Assembly (NCBI RefSeq): GCF_006345805.1
Contig: NC_043010.1
Coordinates: 20,646,001-20,710,000 of the forward strand
Length of the DNA stretch: 64,000 nt
DNA from: Octopus sinensis
Lineage: Eukaryota
Direction: 5' to 3'
The notes under the pieces are model-generated. The model was not told the origin of the DNA. It was given only the letters and a program-made list of their open reading frames with translations, and did not search any database. Below are positions 1 to 13,197 of the stretch, piece by piece (within the stretch, counting starts at the first letter, position 1; the number at the start of each line of letters is the position of its first letter). The translations under genes were made by a program, and so were the position numbers.

Positions 1-570
1 CTGTGCCCCCCCATACGAAACAACTCATTATGAAAGTAGAAGCACACCAGAGATCAATAACAAGAAAGATAGACAGCATGAGAGGCATTGACTATAGGGC
101 TTGACTAAAACAAAAACTTAATCTCAACTCTCTCCAACGCCGACGGGAGCGCAACATCATTTGTGTGATGTGGAAAATATTCCATCAATATTGCACAAAT
201 GATCTTGGCATCAGTTTTAAAATCCATCCAAGAATTGGCCCCCGTGCTATCCACCCATTACAAAAATCGAACTCGGTATACATAGCAACATTACGTTACA
301 ATTCCTTTACCCTAACCAGTCCAGCTCTCTTTAATACCATAACAAAATGCGCCAAAGCGGAAACGGATCCCATAAAATTCAAATGTTCACTGGACAAATT
401 TCTTCAAAAAATCCCGAACCAACCTCCTACACCCGGATATATCTCCAACAATAATAACTCTTTGTTAGAGTGGGCAACGGAGTCTCATATATGACTAAAA
501 GAGATCATCAAGTGGTGCTATTGAGTTATAGACAAGGCCTGGGCCTACACTGGCTAAAACCTATCAAAGT
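1..570 (+). mobile_element. CR1-like LINE, 3' fragment of ORF2 (decayed)
   Basis: ORF 165-494 ends FKCSLDKFLQKIPNQPPTPGY...NSLLEW, a C-terminal signature typical of invertebrate CR1-group ORF2. Upstream reads LNSLQRRRERNII. Confidence 0.65.
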
Positions 571-580
571 TATATATATA

Positions 581-766
581 GGAGTGGCGTAGGAGTGGCT
601 GTGTGGCAAGTAGCTTGCTTACGAGCCACATGGTTCCGGGTTCAGTCACACTGCGTGGCACCATGGGCAAGTGCATTCTACTATAGCCTTGGGCCAATCA
701 AAGCCTTGTGAGTGGATTTGGTAGACGGAAGCTGAAAGAAGCCCGTCGTATATATGTATATATGTA

Positions 767-832
<66 letters not shown>

Positions 833-1051
833 TATGTGTGTGTATATGTTTGTGTGTCTGTGTTTGTCCTCCCAACATCGCTTGACAACCGATGGTGGAG
901 TGTTTACGTCCCCGTAACTTAGCGGTTCGGCAAAAGAGACCGATAGAATAAGTACTAAACTTACAAAGAATAAGTCCTGGGGTTGATTTGCTCGACTAAA
1001 GGAGGTGCTCTAGCACGGCCAGAGTCAAATGACTGAAACAAGTAAAAGAGT
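581..1051 (+). mobile_element. tRNA-derived SINE family A, full length, with central (TA)n
   Basis: Head GGAGTGGCTGTGTGG...GGTTCAGTC, core GCCTTGTGAGTGGATTTGGTAGACGGAA, tail GACTGAAACAAGTAAAAGAG. Many other copies occur in the window. Confidence 0.85.
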
Positions 1052-1053
1052 AA

Positions 1054-1933
1054 TCGTCTCTTTGTGTATTTCACGTTCTTGTCCCTTTTTATATATAATT
1101 TTTATACCTATATTATTGCGGCGTAACGTACACTTGTTCCCTTATGTATGCTTACATTCCACCCATTGTACGACTTCTACAAACTTTCTCTATACCTCAC
1201 TTTCTGTCTTTCTCTTTCTCGCCTCTGATTCTTTGGTCTCCCTCTTCCCCCACTCTCTCACGTTTCTCTGTCTTTCTCACTTTGCGCCATTGCTTCTGTT
1301 GCCAAGCCATCTTTGGCGCGCTCTGTCTCTTCCCCCAGCTTCCTTCCATCCTCTTTAAATCCTTCTTTCTCTCTCTCTCCCTACTCTCACGTGCCTGGTC
1401 AATCATTGGCGGGCTCTGTTTCTTCCACCCTCTTTAATTCCTTCTCTCTCTTTCTCTCTTTCTCTCTCTACCCTCATGGGACCTGCTGAATAACCAGCCA
1501 TTCCGCTGGTGACCGCTGCCGGTTCAACATTGTCTTCGTCCGCCGAAAAGGCATTTTTTCAAAACACACCTGCTAGATAAGTTAAATTTGTCTAAAGTCG
1601 TAAGACACCTGCTGTTGTCCTGTTATTACCATTCTTGCTTTTATTTTTGTTTTTGTTTTTTGTATTTATATTCGTGTGGCTTCGTCCGCTTTTCTGTCCT
1701 TGTTTCGTTTACATTCGATCCTTTTTCCAAGAAATCTAATGCACGCAACTTAGTTTTTCATTGGGGCTGGCCGTTTCGGAACAATATCAGGATTAATCAG
1801 CCGAAATTTGCTATGATGATCCGGTTCCTGACTGAAGATTAAAGGCTTCGAATGACCCGTTCGTTTTTTGTGTTCGTCTCTTTGTGTATTTCACGTTCTT
1901 GTCCCTTTTTATATATAATTTTTATACCTATAT
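1054..1933. repeat. ~820-bp unclassified element bounded by an identical 60-bp direct repeat
   Basis: TCGTCTCTTTGTGTATTTCACG...TTTATACCTATAT occurs at 1054-1113 and 1874-1933, followed by (TA)n. Confidence 0.75.
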
Positions 1934-1950
1934 ATATATATATATATATA

Positions 1951-2338
1951 TATAAAGCTGAAGTTGTCTGTGTATGGCAGGTTTGGTTGCCTTCAACTAA
2001 CACTATCTCCTCCGAGACCCTGCGGTGCAAGTTGACCAAAATTGAGAGTATGATAGAAGAAGACTTGCTCTTCCTTCCGTAGAAGAAAACATTCAAATTG
2101 GACCATGTTAACACCAAAAATTATTTACATCAAAAAGGTGCTTTTTTTCCTATGAAAATCCCTATTTTTTACGACTTTTTGACTGCTGTGTCGCCATTTT
2201 TCGGTGTATTTCAACCAGAAAAATGTTCATTTAAAGAGAATAACAAGCTACATAATGTAAAATTTTTACTTTTCAAAAATTTCAATTGTAAAGGGTCGAA
2301 AAGAAAACAAACCCGAGCAATGCCGGGCGATACTACTA

Positions 2339-2339
<1 letters not shown>
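1951..2339 (+). mobile_element. Non-autonomous Helitron-like element
   Basis: 3' hairpin CCCGAGCAATGCCGGG followed by CTAG|T. The same 3' end occurs in the copy at 63011-63422. Confidence 0.7.
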
Positions 2340-2380
<41 letters not shown>

Positions 2381-2699
2381 AAAGCAGATATTTTTGCCAT
2401 GGGAGTCAGAGACGCCAGAAGGTTCTTAAAGCTTTGACCGAGGTTATAAAAAACAGGGGCATTGAATCCCGAAAGAGAACCGCCCCTAGACTCTAATCGG
2501 AACTTTGAATTTTAAGAAATAGCCTCTCACTTTCTTCTCCATTTTTTCTTTTTTTTTGCATTTCATATCTTTTACACCACCCTCAGCAAAGAGCAATCAC
2601 TCTTGTAGTTGTAATGCTGACATACATACAGACAAACAGGCAGGCAGACAGACAAACAGAATGACAGACAGACATGGAACATCCCCATTAAACATCTGT

Positions 2700-2880
2700 C
2701 AAGTGTAAGCATAACAAGCCGGAAATTGCAAAAATATTCGAGACTTTTCTGAAGTTTAAAATGTAAAGTTGTTTTTGTGAACTGCATTCCAACGATGGAG
2801 TTTTGAATCTTTGTTAGAAACCAGCTTCTTCCTCAGAGAGGGAGAGCTCAAATAATCAAAAACAGATGAGAACTTACATA
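2700..2880 (+). mobile_element. 3' end of RLE-type LINE (family 2), followed by (CATA)n
   Basis: Encodes IAKIFETFLKFKM*. The tail GATGGAG...TCTTTGTTAGAAACC...TTCCTCAG matches the reverse complement of 15570-15620. Confidence 0.55.
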
Positions 2881-2885
2881 CAAAC

Positions 2886-2916
<31 letters not shown>

Positions 2917-2952
2917 CATACATACATACATACATACATACATACATACATA

Positions 2953-3377
2953 AGAGGGTGAGTCAAAACCTAATGCCATTTTGTTTAGGACAGGTATAAT
3001 TACCAGTACAGGAACATGTATCATACATCGAAATGAAGCTGGTCCTCTGTGGATCACATCCCTACTTCTCAACATAGTCACCGTTTCTCTCAATAGCAAT
3101 GTTCCACCTTTGAATGAGAGCATGTATCCCTGCCCCGTAAAAGTGAAAACTGTAGTGAAGAAGTGGCTCAAAGAACAGTCAACAGAATTTTACAGGGCAG
3201 GGATACATGCTCTCATTCGAAGGTGGAACATTGCTATTGAAAGAAACGGTGGCTATGTTGAGAAGTAGGGATGTGATCCACAGAGGACCAGCTTCATTTT
3301 GATGTATGATACATGTTCCCGTGTTTGTAATTACACCTGTCCTAAACAAAATGGCATTAGTTTTTGACTCACCCTCG
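2953..3377. mobile_element. Mariner-derived foldback MITE
   Basis: TA-flanked TIR GAGGGTGAGTCAAAA with ~190-bp inverted arms. It encodes a mariner transposase C-terminus (VKKWLKEQSTEFYRAGIHALIRRWNIAIERNGGYVEK*). Confidence 0.85.
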
Positions 3378-3480
3378 TACAAACATTCATACATACATAC
3401 CTGTATACATATCGATATGCATGCAAATATCTTTCAATATAATAACCTGTTTTATTTTGTGTATAATAACTGTACATATA

Positions 3481-3870
3481 GGCGCAGTAATGGCTGTGTG
3501 TTAAGAAGCTTACTTACCAACCACATGGTTCTGGGTTCAGTCCCACTGCGTAGCACCTTGGGCGAGCGTCTTCTACTATAGCCTGGAGCTGATCCAAGCC
3601 TTGTGAGTGGAGTTGGTAGATGGAAACTGAAAGAATCCCATCGCATATAAATGTGTGTGTGCCTATGTTTGTTCCCCCCCTACTACCATTTGACAACCGG
3701 TGTTGGTGTGTTTACACTCCTGTAACATAACGGTTCGACAAGGGGCTGATAGAATAAGTGCCAGGCTTAAAAAAATTATTGGGGTAGATTCATTCGACTA
3801 AAAAGTCTTCAAGGTGATGCCCCAGCATGGCCGTCGTCAAATGATTTAAATAAATAAACAATAAAAAAGA
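3481..3870 (+). mobile_element. SINE family A copy
   Basis: Same head, core and tail as 581-1051. Confidence 0.8.
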
Positions 3871-3879
3871 GAAAAACAA

Positions 3880-4260
3880 AGACATGTTGATCGACAGAAA
3901 TGAATTAGAGCTTATCGGCCGTCAACTTAGATGGAGAGGTCATGTAAAGAACGCCCACCGAAGATTTACCTACATAGACAACTTTAAGATGATGTACGAA
4001 ATGTAGGAAGACCATTCTAAAGATACAAGAATAAATTACAATTATTTGTTTCAAACGTGGATTGAAAGAATGGCGCAGAGACGCAGATTCTGAAGAAAAG
4101 AATTCTACAAACGTTATACAAGAATTTCGGTCGTCAAAGTTAAGGAACGAACAGGGGAAAGGAAAATGTCGAGATCCAGCTTGTTAGGAGAAGAGTTATG
4201 GGATTTGTGAGAATTCCGGTTTTGTTTGTAAACGCTGAGTAGTTTTGGTGTCTCGTTGTT
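3880..4260 (+). mobile_element. Highly decayed RTE-like LINE 3' fragment
   Basis: Translates in pieces to RQLRWRGHV...RNVGRP..RYK, typical of the RTE ORF C-terminus. Confidence 0.4.
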
Positions 4261-4433
4261 AACAGAAGCGTTTGGGACTTAACCGAGAGCTTGGACAGTC
4301 AGTGTGGGAATCAATAGGAGATTCCCACTATGCACACACACGCACACACACACACACACACACGTGCGCGCGCGCACACACACATACACTCATACACTAT
4401 GTGTGCGTGTGTTTCTGTCTGACTGCCTGTCTG

Positions 4434-4470
<37 letters not shown>

Positions 4471-4510
4471 GTATCTATCTATCTATCTATCTAGCTATCT
4501 CGTATGTGTG

Positions 4511-4560
<50 letters not shown>

Positions 4561-4691
4561 CAAGAGAAAGAGAGTCGCTTGTGTTTAATTGTATAGTCTT
4601 TTTGACATTAACTGGTATATGCCATTAACCGAATTCTTATAGCAAGCGAGAAATAGTGCAATTTTAATATATGAGTAGTAAGGGTATGCAT

Positions 4692-4763
<72 letters not shown>

Positions 4764-4801
4764 CATACATACATACATACATACATACATACATACATAC
4801 A

Positions 4802-4832
<31 letters not shown>

Positions 4833-5792
4833 GTATGTGTGTGTGTGTGTAGTGAGAAAGAGAGACAGAGAGACAGAAGTAATATGTTTATTTTACTTCC
4901 ATTTCATGTTGTGAACACATAATTTACCGAGGTTCCACGCAGTCCAAACAATTTTGCAATTGATATGTCTTGGCATAACAATTGTTTAGCTTAATCCTTC
5001 TGTGGTTTCTCAAATCTCTTTGATATTCTCATTTACTCAAGCTTAGCTACTTTCATTACACCCCGGCAATGACAAGAACACATTTTGAATTACTCGATGA
5101 CAACAACCGTCTTGAGGATAGAGAAATGTAAACTCGATCAGTCAGTCGCCATAAACTAAGAAATTCGATAATAAAAACAACAAAATGGCGTCCGTTCATT
5201 GCTGGTTTGTAAACATATTTTTGGATATTTTATTATCTGTAATGTATATATATTTATTCAGTTGATTTAATATACTAATTTGACGCAGTCGTGGTTGTGT
5301 AGTTGAGAAACTGGCTTCGGCTTCCCAACCGTGCGGTCTTGGGTTCAGTCCTACTGCACCGAACCTTGGGGATGTGTCTACTATAGCTTCGAGCCGTCCA
5401 AAGGCTTCTGAGTGGATTTGGTAGGCGGAAATTGAAAGAATCCCATCCTATATATATATACATATGTGTGTGTGTGCGTGTAAAAAAAATGAGTGCGTTA
5501 TGTTACGAAAATAATATTTTCAATTGTCAAAAAACGTATAGTAATAGACAAACGAAAGGAAAACGACTCTTCATCAGTTATCAGCCAGGGTGTCAAACGC
5601 AATTTCGTGTCATTTCGATAATTTGATTCCACTGTGGAGGCACCAGCAAGAAACTTGCCTGCAAAGGAACCAAAACATAGCAAAACGAAACGGATAAACA
5701 AATGGATGAACAAGCATTACGGAAATGAACATACGAAAATGGATAAAATTCAAGACGAGACCGGATGAGGGGCCAGGCGAAGACAACAAAAA

Positions 5793-5841
<49 letters not shown>

Positions 5842-6350
5842 CATACATATACAACAAAACATATACATGCAAATGTGTGTATATACACATATAAATGTGT
5901 GTGTTTGTGCGCGTGTTTGTGTTTGTTCCCCACTACTGCCTGCCAACTGGTATTGATTTGCTTAGGTCTCTATAACTTATGTAACGTAGCGGTTCAGTAA
6001 AAGAAACCCGTAGATTAAGTTTTCAGCTTTAAAAAATAAGTCCTGGGGTCGATTTGTTCGATTTGTTCGACCAAACGCAGCCGAAGAGAAAACATATATG
6101 AAAAATATTTATGTATTGTATAAATTTAACAGTTATTGTTAAAGATGCATCTCAAATTAGGAAGGTGAAAGACGTTGAGACGGCGCCCCTGTCTGGAGTA
6201 GAGGTTCCACGTCTCACAGCCGTAAATTAGCAACTTTACACTACGTTTCACCAACCTTTTTTTTTCACTCAGTTATGGAAAAAATACTTTGCAATAAACC
6301 AAAACTTAGTTTATTTTTCTTTTGCAACAGTCTAATCTGTTGTGAGTATA

Positions 6351-6416
<66 letters not shown>

Positions 6417-6925
6417 CATACATATACAACAAAACATATACATGCAAATGTGTGTATATACACATATAAATGTGTGTGTTTGTGCGCGTGTTTGTGTTTG
6501 TTCCCCACTACTGCCTGCCAACTGGTATTGATTTGCTTAGGTCTCTATAACTTATGTAACGTAGCGGTTCAGTAAAAGAAACCCGTAGATTAAGTTTTCA
6601 GCTTTAAAAAATAAGTCCTGGGGTCGATTTGTTCGATTTGTTCGACCAAACGCAGCCGAAGAGAAAACATATATGAAAAATATTTATGTATTGTATAAAT
6701 TTAACAGTTATTGTTAAAGATGCATCTCAAATTAGGAAGGTGAAAGACGTTGAGACGGCGCCCCTGTCTGGAGTAGAGGTTCCACGTCTCACAGCCGTAA
6801 ATTAGCAACTTTACACTACGTTTCACCAACCTTTTTTTTTCACTCAGTTATGGAAAAAATACTTTGCAATAAACCAAAACTTAGTTTATTTTTCTTTTGC
6901 AACAGTCTAATCTGTTGTGAGTATA

Positions 6926-6927
<2 letters not shown>
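5842..6927. repeat. Tandem duplication, 575-bp period, two apparently identical copies separated by (AAT)n
   Basis: 5842-6352 is repeated at 6417-6927 and includes the 3' half of SINE family A. Confidence 0.9.
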
Positions 6928-6995
<68 letters not shown>

Positions 6996-6999
6996 TATA

Positions 7000-7786
7000 A
7001 CTAGAAAAGTACTCGGAGAGCGCAGACCTCTGCCAAGCAGCTCATTTCCACCCATATACACGCATGCTGAAAATCGCCCAATTTCCCATACCAACACCGG
7101 CAAAAACATAACCTCCTTGGCGGGAGTTTAAAAAAAATAACACAACCATATGATTTTAAGAGAAAAAAACCCTTTAGAAACAGGAATCATGTGAAGCAGT
7201 TCCCAACTACCAACATCATCATCAGCATTGTCATTGCTTCCACTTCAACCACATACACCGCCATCAATGTTATCATGACGGTTACCGTGACAGTCACTTT
7301 CACCACCACAACCAGTATAACCACTACAATACCACCATCACACAACTAACACTATCATCAATACCACTTTTACCACCATCACCTCAGCATCACACATCAC
7401 ACCGCTCTTGACACCATTATGATCACCAATATTATTTTATCCTCCTCCCATACTTATCTCGACCATCGTTATCATCAACACTGTCTCTAAACAGCAACAC
7501 CACCATAGGTTATGTGGAAACGATGTGTTTTCAAGGGAGATAATCAAAGAATTTAACATTGTAATACTTCATGTAATTAAATATAACAAATGAAAAATCC
7601 TTCAAGAATCCATAAAAATTCCCGGATCACTACCAAAATTTCATCGTCTGTTCCTTGTGTCATTACCAACTTTTTTTGCAAGTTTCATCAAATACCGTTC
7701 ACAACTTTTTGAGTTATTTTGCACAGACGAACAGACGGACAAACCAACACCAATGAAAACATAACCTCCTTCCTTGGCGGCGGTAA
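7000..7786. mobile_element. Helentron-associated (HINE/DINE-like) non-autonomous element pieces
   Basis: ACTAGAAAAG..GAGAGCGCAGACCTCTGCCAAG at 7000-7036. The complementary end AAAACATAACCTCCTTGGCGG occurs at ~7102-7125 and again at ~7756-7786. Confidence 0.55.
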
Positions 7787-7808
7787 TAATAGTAGTAGTA
7801 GTAGTAGT

Positions 7809-7897
<89 letters not shown>

Positions 7898-8374
7898 TCA
7901 GGTTAGATATTTCTGCTTCCGGATCAGATAGAGAATGCTATCTGTCTGTAGTATATTACGATATCGTATTTTCCCAGTGCCATGTGATATGGCACAACGT
8001 CATCAGTTAAAAACAAACAATATTTAAACACAGACAGAAAAAGAAGGGCAGAACGTCTGCCACATATTGCATGACTGAGAGGATGTAACATAATCTCGAG
8101 GAAGCATGCGATACGGTGTAACGATATAATGATATGAGCTCAGTACGTCTTGCCTCTTCCTGCTAACTCTTGCTCTTTATCCTTCCATCTCTCGTTCTCC
8201 CATTCTCTCTCTCTCTTTCTCTCTCACTTAACACACACATACGTATATATAAACACACACGCACACATATATATATTTGCATAGATTCCAGCGATTCAAT
8301 TATGTTCTAAGTGATTTCTTCTGAAGTCCTATCGGGACACGTTGCCACAGTGACTCTAACAGGGCTTTAAATGC

Positions 8375-8410
<36 letters not shown>

Positions 8411-10139
8411 GTGTGTAAATGTGTGTTTAAGAGTGTTAGCAAGTGTGTGCTTATCTAGCAATTTATGTACGTATACATATATGTGTGTGTTCATGTTCAT
8501 GTATGTATGTATGTATGTATGTATGTATGTATGTATGTATGTATGTATGTATGTATGCATGCAGGGCCGGATTTATAGGGGTGCGGAGGAGGCAATTGCC
8601 CCGGTTATCGGTAAGAGGTGGGGCTACTAGGAAAGGTATGTAGCATTCAATATAAGAAGGTCCCCCCACATCTCAGCAATCTGGCATGATGAGGCTCTCT
8701 TTCAATATACGAAGGTATCTTGACTTCTCAGAAAATATAATGGTTTCTCTTTTAAGATAAATACCAATAAATTTTTGCCACTTTAATGACACCAAATAAT
8801 TCAGTAAAAAAACAGTTTATACCCAGTCCCAAAGCAATTTCAATTCCCAGGGGAATTGTAGCTGCTTTTGGGACGACAGAGAGAAGAGGAACAACAAAAC
8901 ACTCCTGAAACTATGTATGTATGTATGTATGTATGTATGTATGCATGTATGCACGTATGTATGTATGTATGTATGTATGTATGTATGTATGTATGTATGT
9001 ATGTATGTATGTATGTACGTACGTACATATGTACGTATGTATGTACGTGTGTACGTATGTATGTACGTATATATGTATGTATGTATGTACGTATGTATGT
9101 TTGTATTATGTACGTACGTATGTATGTATTTATCTGTGAGTGTATGTATGTTTGTGTAAGCATAAATGCATATAAAGATAAAAAGATTGATAGAAAAATG
9201 TCTCTAGGCCAAACGAGTTCAAATTCTTTCTTTCTACGTATGACCGTGCTTGACTTTGGCTTGACCAGTAGTGGCTAAAGGCAGGAACACACACACACGC
9301 GCGCGTGCGCATTTTTTCTTCTAAACTTATTTCAGTGAGGCGAAACCTGAGTCAAATCAAAATAATAATAATATTAATAGTTTCTAATTTTAGCACAAAG
9401 CCTGAAGTTCTAAGAGGATGAGACAGTCAATTACACGACCTAGATAACAATGTCAGGCTTGTAGGCTCTTATTTCTCATCCAATATAAAGATAAAAATAT
9501 TTGCAAACATATCGAAATATGATTTATCAACCGTACATCGAGATTTGATTAGTTGACGAAAATCCGTTATAAATTACGTCACATATTCATCTATTCAGTA
9601 TCGTCAACAGATCACATGATATCTATTGATATGCAAAGATATCTGATGTTTTCAGGACCTCAGTCTTACATGCAAAAAATTAATTGTGAGAAAGAAATGC
9701 GAGTCTGGTTGAAGTGTTAGTGTTGACAAATAAATCGCCATTGAACAAAAAATGTTCAACTTCTTGCCTAGAGCGAGCCCATAGCAATATCATATCTTCT
9801 CCACTATTTCAGTATTACGTGTTAAAAGTGAAACAAAAACATTTCTCTATTTTATGTCAGATGCTTTTACTTTAACAATAAAAATAATAATAACAATTGA
9901 ATTATATGTAGTAAGTAATAATTAAAATCAAACTAAAGTGTAATATAATCGTAACATAACAAAAGTAAAAATAGCAATTGGTATAAAATTGCATCAATGA
10001 TTTGAACTTGAATAAGTGGTTTCACATGAATGGGAATAAATTAAAAATAAAATTAGTGTGCAGAAATGGAATAGTCCAGATGGATAATAAAAAATTAAAT
10101 TAAAGAAAAGACTATTGTCTATAAAGTATACAATGTAGA

Positions 10140-10470
10140 GAAAAAAGAAGATTTGAGCACCTGGAGGAAAGCACCTTCGAAAAGTGTCTTGGTGCGACTA
10201 TGAAAGATATCGAACCAGGGGCGGTAAATTCGCCACAATAGAAGTAAGGTTCGAGTCAACGGAGCGTGCAAGGGAGTACTCGACTCGAACTTGCAAAGTA
10301 GAAATATTTAATTGTTACCTTTATATCTGGGACGTAGGACGTACCGGATAAAAATTAAAGATCCCCCCCCCACGAAGTAGAGGTAGGCTGGATTGTAGCC
10401 ACACTTCTATACAAGTGGGAGGACAAGATACAATTGATGGAAATTACAAGAGACGGGCTAACAATTCCAG
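10140..10470 (+). pseudogene. Decayed coding remnant, possibly LINE (Tx1/L1) ORF1
   Basis: Frameshifted peptide GGKFATIEVRFESTERAREYSTR...LLPLYLGRRT.RIKIK..PHEVEVGWIVATLL. The family assignment is from recollection only. Confidence 0.35.
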
Positions 10471-10605
10471 TCTGTTATATATTTTGAGTATTGTTATCAC
10501 TAGCGATATTAAGATATAACTTTGTATTTTGTGTTTTATGTGTAGATGTATATATATAGATGTACATGTAATATGCACACATATATATACACATATAAAC
10601 ATGCA

Positions 10606-10644
10606 CTAGCACTATGACTCGGCAACGACGGGTCATAATGCTAG
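10606..10644. mobile_element. Helitron-type 3' terminal hairpin, CTAG-bounded palindrome
   Basis: CTAGCACTATGACTCGGCAACGACGGGTCATAATGCTAG|T. Confidence 0.5.
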
Positions 10645-11832
10645 TTATTAATATGACAGTAATAAAAAATAAATGTAAAACCTCGTAGAAAACGGCAATA
10701 ATAATGGTAAAAACGATTTTGACTTTTTCTATCCAAAGGGTTTTTAACCAACCTTTACACTATTATCTATAGTTTTATAGTTATAGCTTTATCTACGTGG
10801 AGTTAAATCCCTCCGAAAAAGAATTATTTCATGTTCTCTCGAACTTTCTAAGTTCTTATGATGTCAACAACATAGAGTTCTCGCCAGTGCGAATAAAGTT
10901 TCTAAAACGGATAGAGAAAATATTGTTTAGGTCGAGTGGTAGAACGTCTGTCATGTTTACAGGAAATGTGGAATCGAGTCCCACGGGCAGGCTTCGGGTT
11001 TCTCTATCCAGGAATTTTTTTTTTAATATAATATTTATACGCTATTATTTATAACCTTATTTGCATCGAGTTAAACTGTTCTGAAAAGAAATATCATAAA
11101 TGGTCCTAATAGTGTATACAATATCAAGGTTGAAATGCAGATAGGCATGAAGTGAGGCTTGCAGTTAGAGGAATAAATTTATAAATTATTGAAGATGCTT
11201 GCAAAAACATTCTGATGGCAAAAATATCCTGTTGTTTATAACGTGCCATTGTTGAAAGAAGTATGAGAATTAGTCCTAAGCAGACCACACGCTTCAATAG
11301 ATTCTGTCGTTGCTAATGTTTCTATGGTAAGCGTCTAAATTCGCAACACCTTAACGTGTCTATAGAGTTTGTGTTTGTGTGTGAGAGCAGGAAAGTGTGT
11401 TTTCAATATGTACGTGTGTGTGTATTTTACATTAATTGTTAAGCAGTTAATTTTAGTTAATTTTTGTTTATTTTCAGATCATTAAAATGGAATGTCAAGT
11501 TAAGAATGTATGTATGTATGTATGTATGTATGTATGTATGTATGTATGTATGTATGTATGTATGTATGTATGTATGTATGTGTGTATGTATGTATGCATG
11601 TAAGTATGTATGTATGTATGTATGTATGCATGTGCTCATGTGAATGTAATATGAATGCATACCCACGTGCGTATGTATATTGGTATGTAAATAAGAAGCA
11701 TGTACAGGAGAATTCAAATAGATTCAACAGTTTATATAAACACATATTGTGCCATGGATCGAAGTATAGCAGTTTTTAAATATACAAGTGTATCAATCAT
11801 TAAAACCTTAAAAATCTATAAATCTATAAATA

Positions 11833-13126
11833 TTGGGTTGGCAACTAAGTTTCGCCATTTAAAAAAAATTTTTGGAATTTATTGCGTTTTTAAATTTTTG
11901 AATCTATTTTGTTTCCGAGAATTCTATTTTTGAATCGTTTTGAAATCTTTTTTTTTCTAGTTAATTTTAGTTAATTTTTGTTTATTTTCAGATCATTAAA
12001 ATGGAATGTCAAGTTAAGAAAAACGAGCATTTTCGACACCTCCTCTTTTTTGTTTTTAATCAAGGTTCTAAGGCTGCAAAAGCTGCTCGCGACATTTGTG
12101 CTGTGTATGGAGAGGTTACCATAGCTGAAAGAAACGCTCGTGATTGGTATGCCAAGTTCAAAAATGGAAATTTTGACCTCAAAGATGCACCTCATTCTGG
12201 CCGTCCAGTTGAGTTCGATGAAGAGCGATTAAACCAACTTTTGCACGAAAATTCTCGTCAAACGACAAGGGAACTGGCAGAGAAAATGGAATGTTCCCAC
12301 ACTGCTATAGAAAAGCATCTTCACTCGATGGGAAAGGTTCAGAAGTATGGTGCATGGGTTCCGCATGCTTTAAGTGACAACAACAAAAATCAACGAGCCA
12401 CAATCTCTGCTGGTTTACTTGCTCGTCACCGCTCAACTCATGGACACAAGCAGCGATTTCTTTGCCGAATCGTTACTGGCGATAAAAAATGGTGCCTGTA
12501 CATCAATATGAAGCAACGTAAGGAATGGCTTACCCCGTAAACAAGCGATACTACGCGTGAAACAAGATCTTCATCCGCCTAAAACGATATTGTGCATATG
12601 GTAGGACAGGGAAGGGATTATCCATTACGAATTGCTTGAACGAAAGCAAACGGTCAACGCGGAACTCTATGTTCAACAGTGGAACGATTCAACACGGCTT
12701 TTCAAGAGAAAAGACCTAATCGGCAGCATGGAGTTCTTCTGCTGTACGACAACGCCCGCCCTCATATTGCCAAAATAACCAAAGAAGCCATTCAAGCGCA
12801 TGGTTGGGAAGTGCTGCCACACCCGCCGTACCCTCCTGATTTGGCACCAACGGATTTACACCTCTTTCGATCTCTTTCAAATGCTATGCGGAGTTTCGTT
12901 CAATACTAATGCAGAATTGAGAGCTTGGTTGGATCGATTTTTCGAGTCGAAATCGGGTGATTTCTTTATTTCTACCAACGAAGTATTTAAAATCTTGTTG
13001 AACGTTGGGAAGAAGCTGTAACAACAAGGGTGAATACATTATTGATTAATTAGTTGCTATTTTTTATTAAAACTTAAAAAAAATTTAAATAAAAAAAAAA
13101 CGGCGGGAATTTAGTTGCCAACCTAA
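11833..13126 (+). mobile_element. Full-length mariner (DD34D) transposon, inactive
   Basis: TA-flanked TIRs TTGGGTTGGCAACTAA / TTAGTTGCCAACCTAA, about 1.3 kb long. Confidence 0.95.
12001..13050 (+). pseudogene. Mariner transposase with stops and frameshifts
   Basis: HTH region, WVPHAL, IVTGDKKW, YDNARPH and PPYPPDLAPTD motifs in ORFs 12001-12540 and 12679-12909. Confidence 0.95.
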
Positions 13127-13197
13127 TATATATTTTGTGCCTCGTGCTTTTATCTGAGCACTTGAAACTACTGCATATATAATACACAGTGTATATA

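Noticed and set aside
1760-1810. Hammerhead remnant in the permuted 820-bp element (minus strand CTGAT...CCGAAACGGCC)
   Set aside because: The core and stem II cannot be built without several changes.
5540-5600. CTGATGA on the minus strand as a hammerhead
   Set aside because: No stem II-GAAA-stem III arrangement follows. The same applies to CTGATGA hits inside LINE or transposase coding sequence and at 35708.
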